The translations under genes were made by a program, and so were the position numbers. Source: Saccostrea cucullata (Eukaryota). Taken from it: a DNA stretch of 64,000 bases. The notes beneath the pieces are model-generated. The model was not told the DNA's origin. It worked only from the letters and a program-made list of their open reading frames with translations, and made no database searches. Every line of letters begins with the position of its first letter. Positions within the stretch are counted from its first letter, which is position 1. Shown one piece after another: positions 51,301 to 62,366 of this stretch. The DNA is taken from the NCBI RefSeq assembly GCF_032062105.1, contig NW_026925523.1, positions 124,001-188,000 on the forward strand, read 5' to 3'.

Positions 51301-54300
51301 AGGAATTGATAGGAGGTGTTGCTCTGTTGTACGCGGGTAATCCGCTTAATACATTCTGTGTCTGACTGGGAAAACATTTCCAGCCTTTTTTTTCATATTT
51401 TCATTAGAATTTTCCTTGGTGCTGGTTGACATTTTCACGGCTTCGTGATTTTGAGGTCACGGAATGTGTGAAAGAAAAATGCCTTCATTATGACTTGAGG
51501 GGGCAGTGTTAGATAACTGAGCAAGCATCTGGGTTTATATAGAAAGAAACATATGACACGTCTCAGAGAATCAGACTGTTTATTATAAAATGGTAAAAAA
51601 GTTGTAAAGGGGGGTGGGTTGGAAAGTTAAGAGAAAGACTTGGGAGATGAAGAGCATTAAATTGTCCAGATTTGAAAGTTAAGGGGTTTGGAGTAGCCAT
51701 TTTTCGTGCAAGTTTGCTGGATGCATCTGAAGCACATCATATGATCTTTAAATTATTAACTTTGAAAACACAATACATATAAGATTATATTGAAGTCAGT
51801 CTCCATAAGTTAATGTTTCTTCCTATACTATATTGTATTGTGAGTGCACACCATATGTGGTATGTAAAATTTTAATTGCTGCATTCTTTAGAGACTCAAG
51901 TATATTTTTTCCCTTCAAATTCCGCTCATTTGCTGTTTTTGTCATTATAGTCCTTATATACCTGTTTTTTTTCCATTCATGAATAAAGTCTGATTAGCTA
52001 GGTAACAGGTGTCTTGTGTAACTAGTGCATTCTGATGATTTGTCAGCCTGGTCTAGGAGAAACAATGTTAATTGGAGGACTTTTAACGAGGGTTTTGACT
52101 AATTACTCTACTTTCATAGCTCAGTAGGTCGACACTGTTAGTCGGCATAAGATCTTTAGCATACGAGAGAAAAGTGCTTGCCTTGTATGGGAAACGTGTG
52201 CTCATTAGCAATTTGAGAAAAAACAGTAGGTACTATTTCAAGGCTTGATTGACATATTCTGGAAAGTAGAAGAAGATATCAAGATACAGATTGTAAAAAA
52301 ATTGGACAATTATTGCACAGGGAATAAATTTATATATACACATGTAACAATATTCTTTGAAATGTTGCTTAACAAGACAATAAATTTTATTCCCCAGTAC
52401 CCATCCTTTTTTATGCTCGCTATGTTTTATGATTTTTCTTTTCCCTTCTGAACATCTGGTATGACTAATTAGTGAAATTAATCGGCTTTTGTTTGGAAAT
52501 ATTCCAAGGATAAAGTTTATGGCTTGGAAAAAAGTTAGATAAAACCATACCATCTCTTGGTTTAATGTTCTTAGACATAGGGCTGAATATTGTAAACATA
52601 TGAAGAATCCTGAGTGCATTTGGCTTCTTAATGTCAGACACTGCATTAGAGTAAGAAAAATGAATTCAATATCGATATCATGTTATTCTATTTAACAAAT
52701 ATTATTTAAGTGTAAAGCAGGTGCAATATTTATGGGAATTTTTCACTTTAATACGTAACTTTTTTTTTTTGAAAATTGAAACAATTTTTTTTCAGTTGTT
52801 AGGAGTAAAATTGTATTTTCTTGAGTTTAATTTTGCAGAGGTAATTAAGTTTTACATTGCCAAAAGTGTCATGTGAAGTACTCTGCAACTTGCAACCCTA
52901 TTCCCCCAAACTCCAATTAGTGCCATCCAAAAAATCCCCTGTCTCATTCATGCATGCATTTTCTTGTCCAGTTCCCCAGCGGATTAAGAAGTCATCTTTA
53001 GTTCAAATTACTCTGCCGAGTATGGAGACAATTGATTTCTGACCGAGGCTATTCACCTTTCTGTACCCCTTTTGTTCACCTCGAATTCTGAGGTGTGATT
53101 GGCACTTGAGGGATAAATCGATTTAAAAATACCTTACAGGTGTTATCCTGTGTGTCTGTGCATATTTTATGATAAAAATTCTAGGTTAAGGATGCTTTAG
53201 TTAGATTTAGCTGCTGAGGTCTAAGATAGCGGTCCTGTTATGGGAATGAGATGTCACCGTGCTGTATTTAGAAGGGGGGCATGTTCCCTTGTTTTGGGAG
53301 GGGGAGTGATCGGACACTTATCGGTAAACAGATATGCCCTCCTTGAAGGGTGAACAATGGTGACCTGGTTTTAATGGGTAGGGGACTGGTCCTAATAATT
53401 GAAAATGTTTTATTCTGGCTGTCAAATTATATACATCTCTATCTATATGATAGGGAAGCCATTACAAAAGGGGCCAAATTGTTAAGTTGTTTGAAAAGGA
53501 TCTGATCAAACAACATTAAACATTCATTCTTCTTTCTTAGTCATTAGGTTACTTGTGAATCTTAAAAAAATATCAATTATGAGAAGAAAAAAATTTTCTC
53601 AGAACTCCAATAATCTATATTTGTCAGCATGCAATTATTTTCAAATTGGTGAAGATGATTAAGGTATTCAATCCCTAATAGGAACAAATTCAATGAAATT
53701 GAATACATAACAGATATGTAGGCATTGAATACTCAATTTATTTAGACATACTTCCCATATATTACTATTCGTACGTATAGTGGGATGTGTCCTAATTTAT
53801 GACCTTAAATTTTGGTAAGAGTTATCTCCCCTTTTTTTAATTAATAAAAAAAATCAATCAAAAAAATTTAGCCGGTAAAAAAAATTGTTTTAAATGTCAT
53901 TTTATTTTTAATGTTTCAATGCATCTTTCCACCGCAGGATTTTTTTATATTCAAATTTTTTGAATTTTTATTTTGAAAAAAAGCTTTTCCCCATAGACTT
54001 CAATGCAGTCTTTGTTAATTAACTACTGCTTAATTAATGACATTTTTGAAACTTTCTCGTGGTCAATCCTTTTCTATTATAAAATTCTTTAATATAATAT
54101 CATAGTATTATTTATTTGACGGATATTTAAGGGTAGGGAATTTGGTCCCATTAGGGATGGAAATCCTTAAAATGAAAATGCTTCAGGTTCACAAAATGAG
54201 TGAAAAAATTTAAAACATAAGAATGGAGTTTTATAAAATGTATTTTTTTTCTCTCCAGAGATTTGTCCAACAACAGACTGGTGACTATCAGCGGTCTGGC

Positions 54301-57300
54301 TTTCTCTAAGCTCAGTCATCTGAAGAAACTGTTCCTCAATAGTAACATGATCACCAACATCCAGGATGGAGCGTTTCAGCATCTACAGGAGCTGGAGGAA
54401 CTGTAAGTAAAGGAGTGGATCCAAAGAATTCAGATTTCAATTATGAACATGATTATATTCATAAGTCAAATGTTAAAACATGAACATTAAATATATCAAA
54501 GAAAATGCATTTATAAATAAAATACCTTTAATTCTATTCAATCCATAGGTAAAAGATTTATCTTTTGATTGCTATAGTATGTCTGATTTGTACTTTATTT
54601 ATTAAGTATGCTTTGACAAAGAACTATATGCGGTATTAGCCAACATTTGCCCCCCAAAATCAAACTTTGATGGAGTAATATTTAATTAAGTCCTTAAACA
54701 GGGGAGTATATGCTGACTTCAAAGCACTGAATAATTTCATAAGTAATGACGTCATATGTACGTAATGGTCACAAAAAGTAAATTTCAGTTTTTTATGAAT
54801 TTTGCAGAAAAATGTACATATTTTGTCGATATTTTAAATAAAAGTCACCGAGCGCATGTGTGTTCAGGATTAATATTTTGATATAATGTGTAGAATGATA
54901 ATATCAATGAAATATGTCAATATTGTTCCTGAACACACATGCGCTCTATAAATTCTAAAGCTTAAATTGTTGAAATTTTGTCCATTTTGTCCTCTTTCTG
55001 AAAAAGGATATAAAATAGGACTAGTTTGTGACGTCATAAAAACAGAAATTGTGAATACACTGCTCTGGAACTATAATATTTTCTGTTAACTTATATTTCT
55101 CGTACAATTTATTGAATTCAGCACATTTCAGGAAGTTTTCAAAATTTGACTTTTGTGGGGGCAAACATATGCAATATACCGCATATAGTTCTTTACGCAG
55201 ACATTTGTGTACATATAGTTAATTAATCCCATGCTGGAAAAGTACATCTACATATTATTTACTGGCAAATGATATATATAGAATAAAAAATTTCTAGAAA
55301 GATGCTTGTTTCTGAAGAAGTTGAAAGGTAATTAAATCACAAGTTTGATAACTTTTAGGGAACTGAACAATAACGACTTGTCCTGGACCATTGAGGATAA
55401 GTCTGGAGTGTTTGTGGGTCTGGAGATGTTAATGAAGCTAAAGCTGGAGAATAACAAGATCAAGTCCATTGCTAACGATGCGTTCAAAGGCCTGACCAAC
55501 CTACGGGTTCTCAGTTTGAACATGAACAACATCACGTCCATCAAGAACAACGCCCTGGAGAGCATGGCCCTACTACAACAACTGTAAGTCACTGAGAGTG
55601 TGGGTCAAGAGAGATAACTCCTGGGAAAATTTAGAAATTAATTATAATGCATAACATGTCTGTTTTAATAGCATTATTTCTTGTGAGATAGTCTAATTTA
55701 AAGATTGTCTTTACTCTGAAATTTCTGTTACAATTAATATTTGTCAAAAGAGAAATTTCACACTTTATCATTTGCCTATATAAAAAACACAGTTTATATA
55801 ATGTTTATGGCTTTAGATGGATTCAATTTATCTGACTTTCTGATTTTCTATTTTGACAGGTACATGAATTCGTCCAGCTTTCTGTGTGACTGTCAGCTTC
55901 AGTGGCTGCCCACGTGGTTGATTCAGAAGACATTCCACACCATGGTCACCGCTAAGTGTGCTTACCCACCCAAACTCACAGGGAAGAATATCTTTCTGGT
56001 CCAGTCTGACGAATTCAAGTGTGGTAAGTTATCCTTGTGTCATTCAAGTTAGTGGATTCATATATCACAGTATGAAATTCGGAAACATAAGCTTGAAGCC
56101 CTGCATAAGGAATACGCAAGTTTCGAGATTATTTCCCTTAGTGCGCTCTTTCGTTGAGGAGTGGAGTTTGGTTGCCGCGTACACAAACAGGTGGGACAGA
56201 TATTTACTAGTATATATTGGATATATCGCATCATCGATATACTGGTTTATTGTAGTTCTACATAATTGTTAGGATGCACTGTTCAACTAGAGAATAACGG
56301 ACTTAAAGTAAAGGCGTTATTTTTAAAGCAAAAAAATCGGAACAAAAAAAGAAAATTCAGTGGATGTGAGACTTTTCAGACGAGGGAAGAGACATATGGA
56401 CCTCTAATAAATACGGTAAACATAAATCTGATCATCACATATCGGCAATCTAAATGACACGTTCATTTTTTTTCCTTATTATAACTTCAAAAAACCCACT
56501 AACCTTTTAGAAAATGTTTGTACAATCAAGAAAATCTTTTACTTTTAATAAAGACCACGACGTTTATTTCGTTTTCAAGTACCCTATTATTGAAGGTAGA
56601 TTTGCAAAAATACACAGTTGAGCTTGATAAAATCATAAAATGCATCACTGCTTGACACTTTTATCTTTCTTTAACATTAAATAAATTTTAAAAGCCATAA
56701 ACATCGTTCATTTATTTATGCACGTTTGTATACATAAACAAACTGTCCCACCTCCATGCTGAAATGGATACTTTTTGCGCCTCTGTCGTAGAAGAGTTAC
56801 AATCTCGAAACTCGCGTATTGGATATGATTTTAAGCAGTTTGCTGACGTATTTTATGGAATTTTTCAGATGGTGATTTTCTAAAGCCATACATCATGTCT
56901 CACCCTAAGACCAGGGTGGCACTGAAGAATGACAATATAACCTTGACCTGCCAGGCAGTCAGTACAGAGGATTCTGGGACAGTTTTCATCTGGAAAAGGG
57001 ACAATGTGGTATGTAGACCTTAAAATAATCAAAAATAATGTTCTGCAAGTTGGAACATCATACTTTTAATGGATACCAGGGCCAGAGAAACAGAAATCGT
57101 AATATATCATTAAGAGAATGACATGGTAAAATTTTTTGAAAATACAAAATGTAGAAATTTGTCAGTTTCAAAGATTTTTTGTAAGTAGTAAGAGAAATCG
57201 CCTGAATGATTATGGTAAGTAAGGCTAATTGACCATGTTTACAGTAATTAACTTCTACATCGTTGTTTCAGGTGTTGACAGAGGGGATGGACAACACTAA

Positions 57301-60300
57301 GGAGGCAGGGGTCCTGGGTGATGGAAGATCTATTTATAACTTCACCTCCCACCTCAACCTCAGAAACATACAGGAGAGAGACGTGGGAAACTTTCAGTGT
57401 GTAATCACCAATAAGTTTGGCTCCGCCTACTCCAATAAAGCTAACATCACCATTCATGGTAAGTTGTAGGTTTCAGTTAAAATTGAGAATTGTCAAAGAC
57501 TTGGTATAAAAATTTCAAGAGAGTTAATGGGCAGTTTTCAGAGTTTAAATTGATCATCAGGCTTGCATTCAGATATTTGTAGTGTGATACCAGTAGATGC
57601 TTTAATGAGTGCTTACAACATGCTAAACATTACAAGAGCAATTGTATTCTCTTTAAAAAGGCAGGGCATTTCCCACTAATAATTTTAATATTTTGAATAC
57701 AAAATGTACCGATTCATATTTACAGAATACCCAGAGTTCATCAAGACTCCCATTAACGTAACAGTCAAGGTAGGAACGACGGCCAGATTTGACTGCTCAG
57801 CGAAGGGAGAACCGAAACCTAAGATTGTCTGGAGGAAAAACGGAGGGACGTTCCTGGCGGCTAACGAGAACAGATTCCACGTGATGACGGCGGACGACGT
57901 GTTCTTCATCGCTCAGGTGAAGCCAGAAGACGAGGGGGTGTACAGGTGTACGGCGTCCAACTCAGAGGGACAAATCAGCATCAACGTTACATTGTCTGTT
58001 CAACGTAAGTGGATAGATTTCAAGAAAAAATATGCTGAAATACTATAGAGAAGAAGAGATCAATATTGAATGAAATGTAAATGTTAAAGGCACAGTTTCT
58101 TAAAATGTTTGATTGCATGGATATTAATTGAAAAAAATTGAAGTTTGCAGAATAGATATCAAATGAAATTGAAATGCTCAATATGCAGTGTCTGGGATAT
58201 ATTAATAAAAAAACTTAGTATGAGATTGATAAAAGTATTCATTGAACTTTGATTTTAAATAATTATTTGCTATATATAAAATATGTGCATTCAGGAATCA
58301 TAATGTGGTTGCCTTGGTTTTGTTTAAAATGTTTACATATATTTTTATACAGAACCACCATCCTTTACGGAGCCTATGAGGAGGACCAAAATTGTAAATG
58401 AGGGACAGACAGCAGTGCTAGAGTGTATGGCTGAGGGTCGTCCTAAACCAGTGCTCACCTGGAAGAAGGACAATCGCACCCTGGATCTGACCAACCGCCA
58501 CTTCCTCGCAGCACAGAAACAACTGCTCATCATCGTGAAGACTACCACGACGGACAGCGGCAAGTACACCTGTGAGATGCAAAACACACTGGGAAGCCGC
58601 AGTGGCAACACCCATCTCCACGTGCAGAGCCTACACCATCCCGTCAAAACTAACAATCAGAGGCCTTCATCGGAAGATAGCTCTATAGACGAGTCCACCA
58701 CAACGGGAATTATTATCATTGCTGTGGTGTGTTGTGTGGTGGGAACCTCCTTAGTATGGGTCATCATTATTTACCACACAAGGAAAAGGCACGAGCTGTA
58801 CACGCCGACCTCCACTGATGACTCCCCCATACCAGCAGACTACATGAGTCAGCAGCAGTATGAGGAGGAGGGAGGGGTGTACCCCCACCAGGTGATGATG
58901 TACCACCCCGGGACTTACCAGTACCAGGAGTACCAGAGTAAGGAGTCAGGGTACGAATCCTCCTCAGGCAGAATCAGGAACGCCAGAGCGGCGGCCATCT
59001 TTCCCAGCGATGTGGAGGACGGGAACCAGCATTCTGGATCCAGGGGACTTGTTGATCATTCTCCAGGTATGGACTGTCTGTTTGAAATTATATATCAATA
59101 TTCAACAAGAATTGGTACTATTCAAAGTGTAGAAAAGAGAAGTAAAATACACGAAGATATCGAACAGTATTCAAGCTCAAATTAAACTATACAAATCAGT
59201 AGCAGAGCAAACACGGACCTCCAAAATATCATAGTAGGAGCAGGTGCCATGGAGGAGTGAGAGATTTTAAGAAATTCTCAGAGAAATGATGTTTTACTAA
59301 ACCATTGAATCTAATCAAATTTTCTCTTCTATTTCAGATAACAGTGCTTCATATCCAAACAGTGAAACAGACTCACTCAAAAGTTCTCAGAGTACGAGTA
59401 GCACTCACACCAGTGGTCAGCAGACCCTGAGGACATTCCACCCCGACATCAGAGAGGTCCCCCAACCTCCCCCTCTCCCCCCCTCAACGAGAACCCCGAA
59501 CAAGTGCTCAGAGCCCAGTTATTGTGAGAACTGTGAATTGTGTAGGGGTGATCAAAGTGACTCGCATCAATGCCAAAGTTTAAACAGACATTCTCTACTG
59601 AATGGCACATTCTCTAATGGATTATCTCATTCGGGAGTGCATCATGGTTCTCTTCCTCAGCCTCCTGGTGGCAGTATTAGAGGTGTGTATAGTCACTGAA
59701 AACAATCAGGAATGGATAGCTTTGCGAACATTGTCATTCCCATTCAATAGTTCTCTTTATTTCTTAATTTGAGCAAAAAATTGTCGCTATTTTAATTTAG
59801 GATATTAAATGACTTCTGTTTTTCTTTTGCAGAAGTAGGAGTTTCAGAACGAATGTGTGATAGTCCACCACAACAATCCTGTACATGTTCAACTTGTCAT
59901 AATCATGTATCTCCTGTATATAACTCATCTCTCAGAACAAGCAATGGTACGTATCTCATAGAGCAGAAAGTTCTTTAGTAATTCTAAGTGAATCAGGTAA
60001 AAAGTAATCAATAAGTTTGTATGTTGGATAAAGAAATATTCCCTCAGGGAAGTAAATGGAGATTTTTTTTTTTTTGGAAGAGACATTATTTTGTATTGAT
60101 ATTAAAAAAAATCGTAAAAATTGATACAAGATAATGATTTGTTGAAATAAAAAGAAATGTTAAAAATTTTAATTTGTAAATTGAAGAGAAACTGAAAATA
60201 AATTGTGATCTTTCTCTTTCAGCATGTTCTTACCACCATAGTCCACAATCAACCTCCCATAATGCCAGTAATGGACCTTGTTATTTAAATACTCATGAAA

Positions 60301-60602
60301 TTCGCATTTGTGCAAATCCCTGTTGTGCGCCCCCTGGTGAGAACAGGGAGCATCGTAGTGACAATCAGGAGGGGAGACCACTCCATCGGTTCCGCTCGGC
60401 CGAGAACTGTATGGTGGGTGACTACTACCACCGGGCCGACCCCCGAGGTCATAACAGTCTGAACCGAAACTGGTCCACGGACAAAATCCCCCCCACCATT
60501 CCACCAAAACAGCATAAACATATGTACATACATGCCAATAAATGCTCGCTGGCACAGAATGGGGGTCCGCATGGAAAATACCCCCACCCTCAGAATGTCT
60601 AG
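27156..60602 (+). CDS. LRIG3: LRIG/Lambik-family leucine-rich repeat and Ig-like domain receptor; 19 coding exons, 1221 aa
   Basis: Exon lengths sum to 3666 nt with consistent phases. Family signatures LNNNDLSWTIED, MNSSSFLCDCQLQWLP and TM GIIIIAVVCCVVGTSLVWVIIIYHTRKR. Probably the single invertebrate co-orthologue of LRIG1/2/3, so the symbol means LRIG3-like. Confidence 0.95.
28400..28471 (+). CDS. LRIG3: LRIG exon 2: LRR (ELQNNGISSLSKDDFKGLRNLTQL)
   Basis: 72 nt, ag/gtaagt, phase 2-2. Confidence 0.92.
32006..32049. repeat. Perfect 22-bp tandem duplication
   Basis: cgtataatgtgtacttttttct x2. Confidence 0.9.
37778..37849 (+). CDS. LRIG3: LRIG exon 3: LRR (DISSNDLHFLNDSVFEHLTSLEIL)
   Basis: 72 nt, ag/gtaagt, phase 2-2. 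Confidence 0.92.
38449..38520 (+). CDS. LRIG3: LRIG exon 4: LRR (KINHNKLNEVPKLKGLGKLKVLEL)
   Basis: 72 nt, ag/gtaagt, phase 2-2. Confidence 0.92.
40356..40493 (+). CDS. LRIG3: LRIG exon 5: 2 LRRs
   Basis: 138 nt, NHNHIGTL...LELNHNSLTDI...SLQKL, phase 2-2. Confidence 0.92.
42565..42708 (+). CDS. LRIG3: LRIG exon 6: 2 LRRs
   Basis: 144 nt, VLNNNYLESFESNCFDNLTSLEVLKINKNK..., phase 2-2. Confidence 0.93.
42747..43050. repeat. Degenerate minisatellite (~100-140 bp unit, ~3 copies) in LRIG intron 6
   Basis: aagtcata.at...gtctat.att..c.tct.taagtc recurs near 42747, 42889 and 42989. Confidence 0.65.
44520..44663 (+). CDS. LRIG3: LRIG exon 7: 2 LRRs
   Basis: 144 nt, EMTKNKLKRIGGLTFQDL...DGAFYGLDKL, phase 2-2. 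Confidence 0.93.
45941..46012 (+). CDS. LRIG3: LRIG exon 8: LRR (QLEHNNMTRVTQSWLYGLKGLRE)
   Basis: 72 nt, WLYGL family motif, phase 2-2. Confidence 0.93.
48698..48745. repeat. Perfect 24-bp tandem duplication
   Basis: gtatcattcataatcatgacacag x2. Confidence 0.9.
49696..49832. repeat. ~50-bp imperfect direct repeat, period ~85
   Basis: ttgggtggga.c.gaattggaggt.ttccgcaaatattaccc.tatatttga x2. Confidence 0.85.
50664..50735 (+). CDS. LRIG3: LRIG exon 9: LRR (NLAHNKIKTIDPEAWQGCVSIDT)
   Basis: 72 nt, phase 2-2. Confidence 0.92.
54259..54402 (+). CDS. LRIG3: LRIG exon 10: 2 LRRs
   Basis: 144 nt, DLSNNRL...LFLNSNMITNIQDGAF, phase 2-2. Confidence 0.93.
54618..55194. mobile_element. MITE with long TIRs, Kolobok-like, in LRIG intron 10
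   Basis: Perfect 19-bp TIR AAAGAACTATATGCGGTAT/ATACCGCATATAGTTCTTT extending to tttgccccc/gggggcaaa; internal IR gagcgcatgtgtgttcagga/tcctgaacacacatgcgctc. TTAA flanks are degenerate, so the superfamily is uncertain. Confidence 0.8.
55359..55583 (+). CDS. LRIG3: LRIG exon 11: 3 LRRs including SWTIED
   Basis: 225 nt, phase 2-2. Confidence 0.95.
55860..56023 (+). CDS. LRIG3: LRIG exon 12: LRRCT
   Basis: FLCDCQLQWLPTWL...CAYP...FKC, phase 2 to 1. Confidence 0.95.
56111..56820. mobile_element. Probable MITE in LRIG intron 12
   Basis: aatacgcaagtttcgagatt and aatctcgaaactcgcgtatt are 19/20 reverse-complementary; interior is richer in CpG than the surrounding introns. Confidence 0.55.
56869..57008 (+). 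CDS. LRIG3: LRIG exon 13: Ig1 N-half
   Basis: DFLKPYIMSHP...ITLTCQA...FIWKRDNV, phase 1 to 0. Confidence 0.93.
57272..57458 (+). CDS. LRIG3: LRIG exon 14: Ig1 C-half
   Basis: DVGNFQCVITNKFGSAYSNKANITIH, phase 0 to 1. Confidence 0.93.
57726..58004 (+). CDS. LRIG3: LRIG exon 15: Ig2
   Basis: TARFDCSAKGEPKPKIVWRK...DEGVYRCTASN, phase 1-1. Confidence 0.95.
58353..59066 (+). CDS. LRIG3: LRIG exon 16: Ig3, TM helix, juxtamembrane tail
   Basis: VLECMAEGRP...DSGKYTCEMQNTLG, TM helix, gtatgg donor at 59067, phase 1-1. Confidence 0.93.
59338..59682 (+). CDS. LRIG3: LRIG exon 17: cytoplasmic
   Basis: tttcag acceptor, 345-nt open frame, gtgtgt donor, phase 1-1. Confidence 0.8.
59833..59946 (+). CDS. 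LRIG3: LRIG exon 18: cytoplasmic
   Basis: ttttgcag acceptor, 114 nt open, gtacgt donor, phase 1-1. Confidence 0.78.
60223..60602 (+). CDS. LRIG3: LRIG terminal coding exon (...KYPHPQNV*)
   Basis: ctctttcag acceptor, frame joins ORF 60411-60602, TAG stop. Confidence 0.82.
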
Positions 60603-62244
60603 CATAATATACTGATGTATAGTGCAGTGTTATAATTTTGTCTTTTCTCATAAGCAAGCTTCTGAACTTTGCACTGTCAAAATGTTTCAATTGGCAAAAA
60701 TATGTGTACCATTTGCGATGAAAATATCCCTAAATTATCTTAAAGTTATGAATACTTTGAGTTAAATTTATTTTTGAAATTATCAAAAAAATTTAGATGT
60801 ACAGTGACAGTGCAAATTTCATGACCTTCTTATATAGTATGTTAATATTTTAGCTGATAATAGTTTGAAACTATTTCAAAACCAGTGAAATTATAACCAT
60901 TGTTGACTGTGATCGTTAAAGCCAAAGGTTTTATGTTTTGTTCAATTTCGTTGTTTAATACAAGTTCCTTAATCATGCATTTGTTGAACTGACATTTTTT
61001 TTTCTACCCCCAAAGAAAAGCATTAGTATGTTATCAAAAGGCAAAAATATTTTTGAGCATTTATAAACCAAAAGCATTATAGATGATTTATCATTGTAGT
61101 ATAAAGTAACAGTTTCAACTCTGTTTAGTGCATACCATAAAAAATGGTACACTGTATAAATTATGATTGCCACACATTTAAATTTGATTGCTTTGAATTT
61201 TCGGAAAGATTTTTTCATTCCATGAAAAAAACTTGAAGTATTTCTTTCTCTGTATTCAAAGATGTACATACTTATGTATTAAAATGAAATACCTCATACC
61301 ACAAATATTTGGTTCATACATGTTTCTGTTTGAAAGTTGGACGAGTGATTCTTGTTATGCAAGTTCCATTATGAGGCGAATTTTTATCACATTTTTCATT
61401 TCAGAATTGTGAAGTGTCCCAAATATTGATAATCATTTTTCAAATTTTTAAAGCATTTTTGAAATTTCCCCATAAGTAATAATTTTGAGTTATTTAATTA
61501 ATAAAGATAATTAATTAAGAAGAAGTTGGTTGGTGTTTTGATTTGCAGTCAGTTCCGTTCTACCAGCAGCATACAAGGTGCTTTAAATGATATATCAGTA
61601 TTTTATATTTACCATTTGTTTGTAGACAGCATTGTGTTTCACTGCTTTTGAGTTTTTGTATGAAACATTGTCAGATGAACATAAGGTATATATTATTTTA
61701 AAAATGCATTATTATCTATGTGACTATATAATGAAATCCATACCCAGTAACCTCCCTTTGTTACGAGACGTCTTTTTTTCCTTTTTTCTTTCACCCATTT
61801 TCACTTACATGTCGTGTTATCATTTTATTTTCTCTCATGGAAAATTTATTCCATTTAATTATCCATCCTAAAACATATTAAAAGTTTTAATTTACTTATT
61901 TTGGTTTCCAAAAAAGTCCTCAATTTTTGTTTTCAAATGAAATTACTTTGGCTTTGTTTAAAGAATTTTATGTGCATTCTGATTGATTTAAAATAGAAAT
62001 ATTCCATCAGTTGTAATAAAATCACAGAAAAATGAAATTATATTAGTAAAAATTATTTTTATTACATTTCTCAAGGTGCCATTTGTTACAAGAGTTTAAT
62101 CATCCTTTGTACACTGTTTTCATAGTGTTTGTCTATACTTCATGTGTAGCTTCAACTCTTATTTATTTATGGTTGTGTACATTGTGACAACATTGAAGCC
62201 GTTTCTGTTATTATATTTGTACAGAAAAATGACGAAAACAGCAA

Positions 62245-62250
62245 ATTAAA
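62245..62250 (+). terminator. Candidate LRIG polyadenylation signal (ATTAAA; alternative AATAAA at 62015)
   Basis: Followed ~20 nt later by GT-rich tgttgtgttgtgttttt; implies a ~1.65-kb 3' UTR. Confidence 0.45.
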
Positions 62251-62302
62251 ATATTTAAAATAATATATGTTGTGTTGTGTTTTTTAACTACAAAGAAAGG
62301 TG

Positions 62303-62366
62303 AACGTCTCCATATTATGAATGAAAAATTCTCGAGGGGGCGTTAAACAACATACAATCAATCAAT
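62303..62366 (+). mobile_element. 5'-truncated SINE tail insertion with 12-bp TSD
   Basis: CAAAGAAAGGTG at 62291-62302 and 62367-62378; body matches the 3' end of the 7616-7946 SINE; (CAAT)n tail. Confidence 0.8.

Noticed and set aside
1100-60602. Functional link or conserved microsynteny between TIMMDC1 and LRIG
   Set aside because: Adjacency alone is not evidence; it needs cross-species synteny data.
60169-60690. 173-aa antisense ORF
   Set aside because: Shadow of the GC-richer LRIG last exon; the same applies to the antisense ORFs at 1063, 55332, 57685 and 58345.
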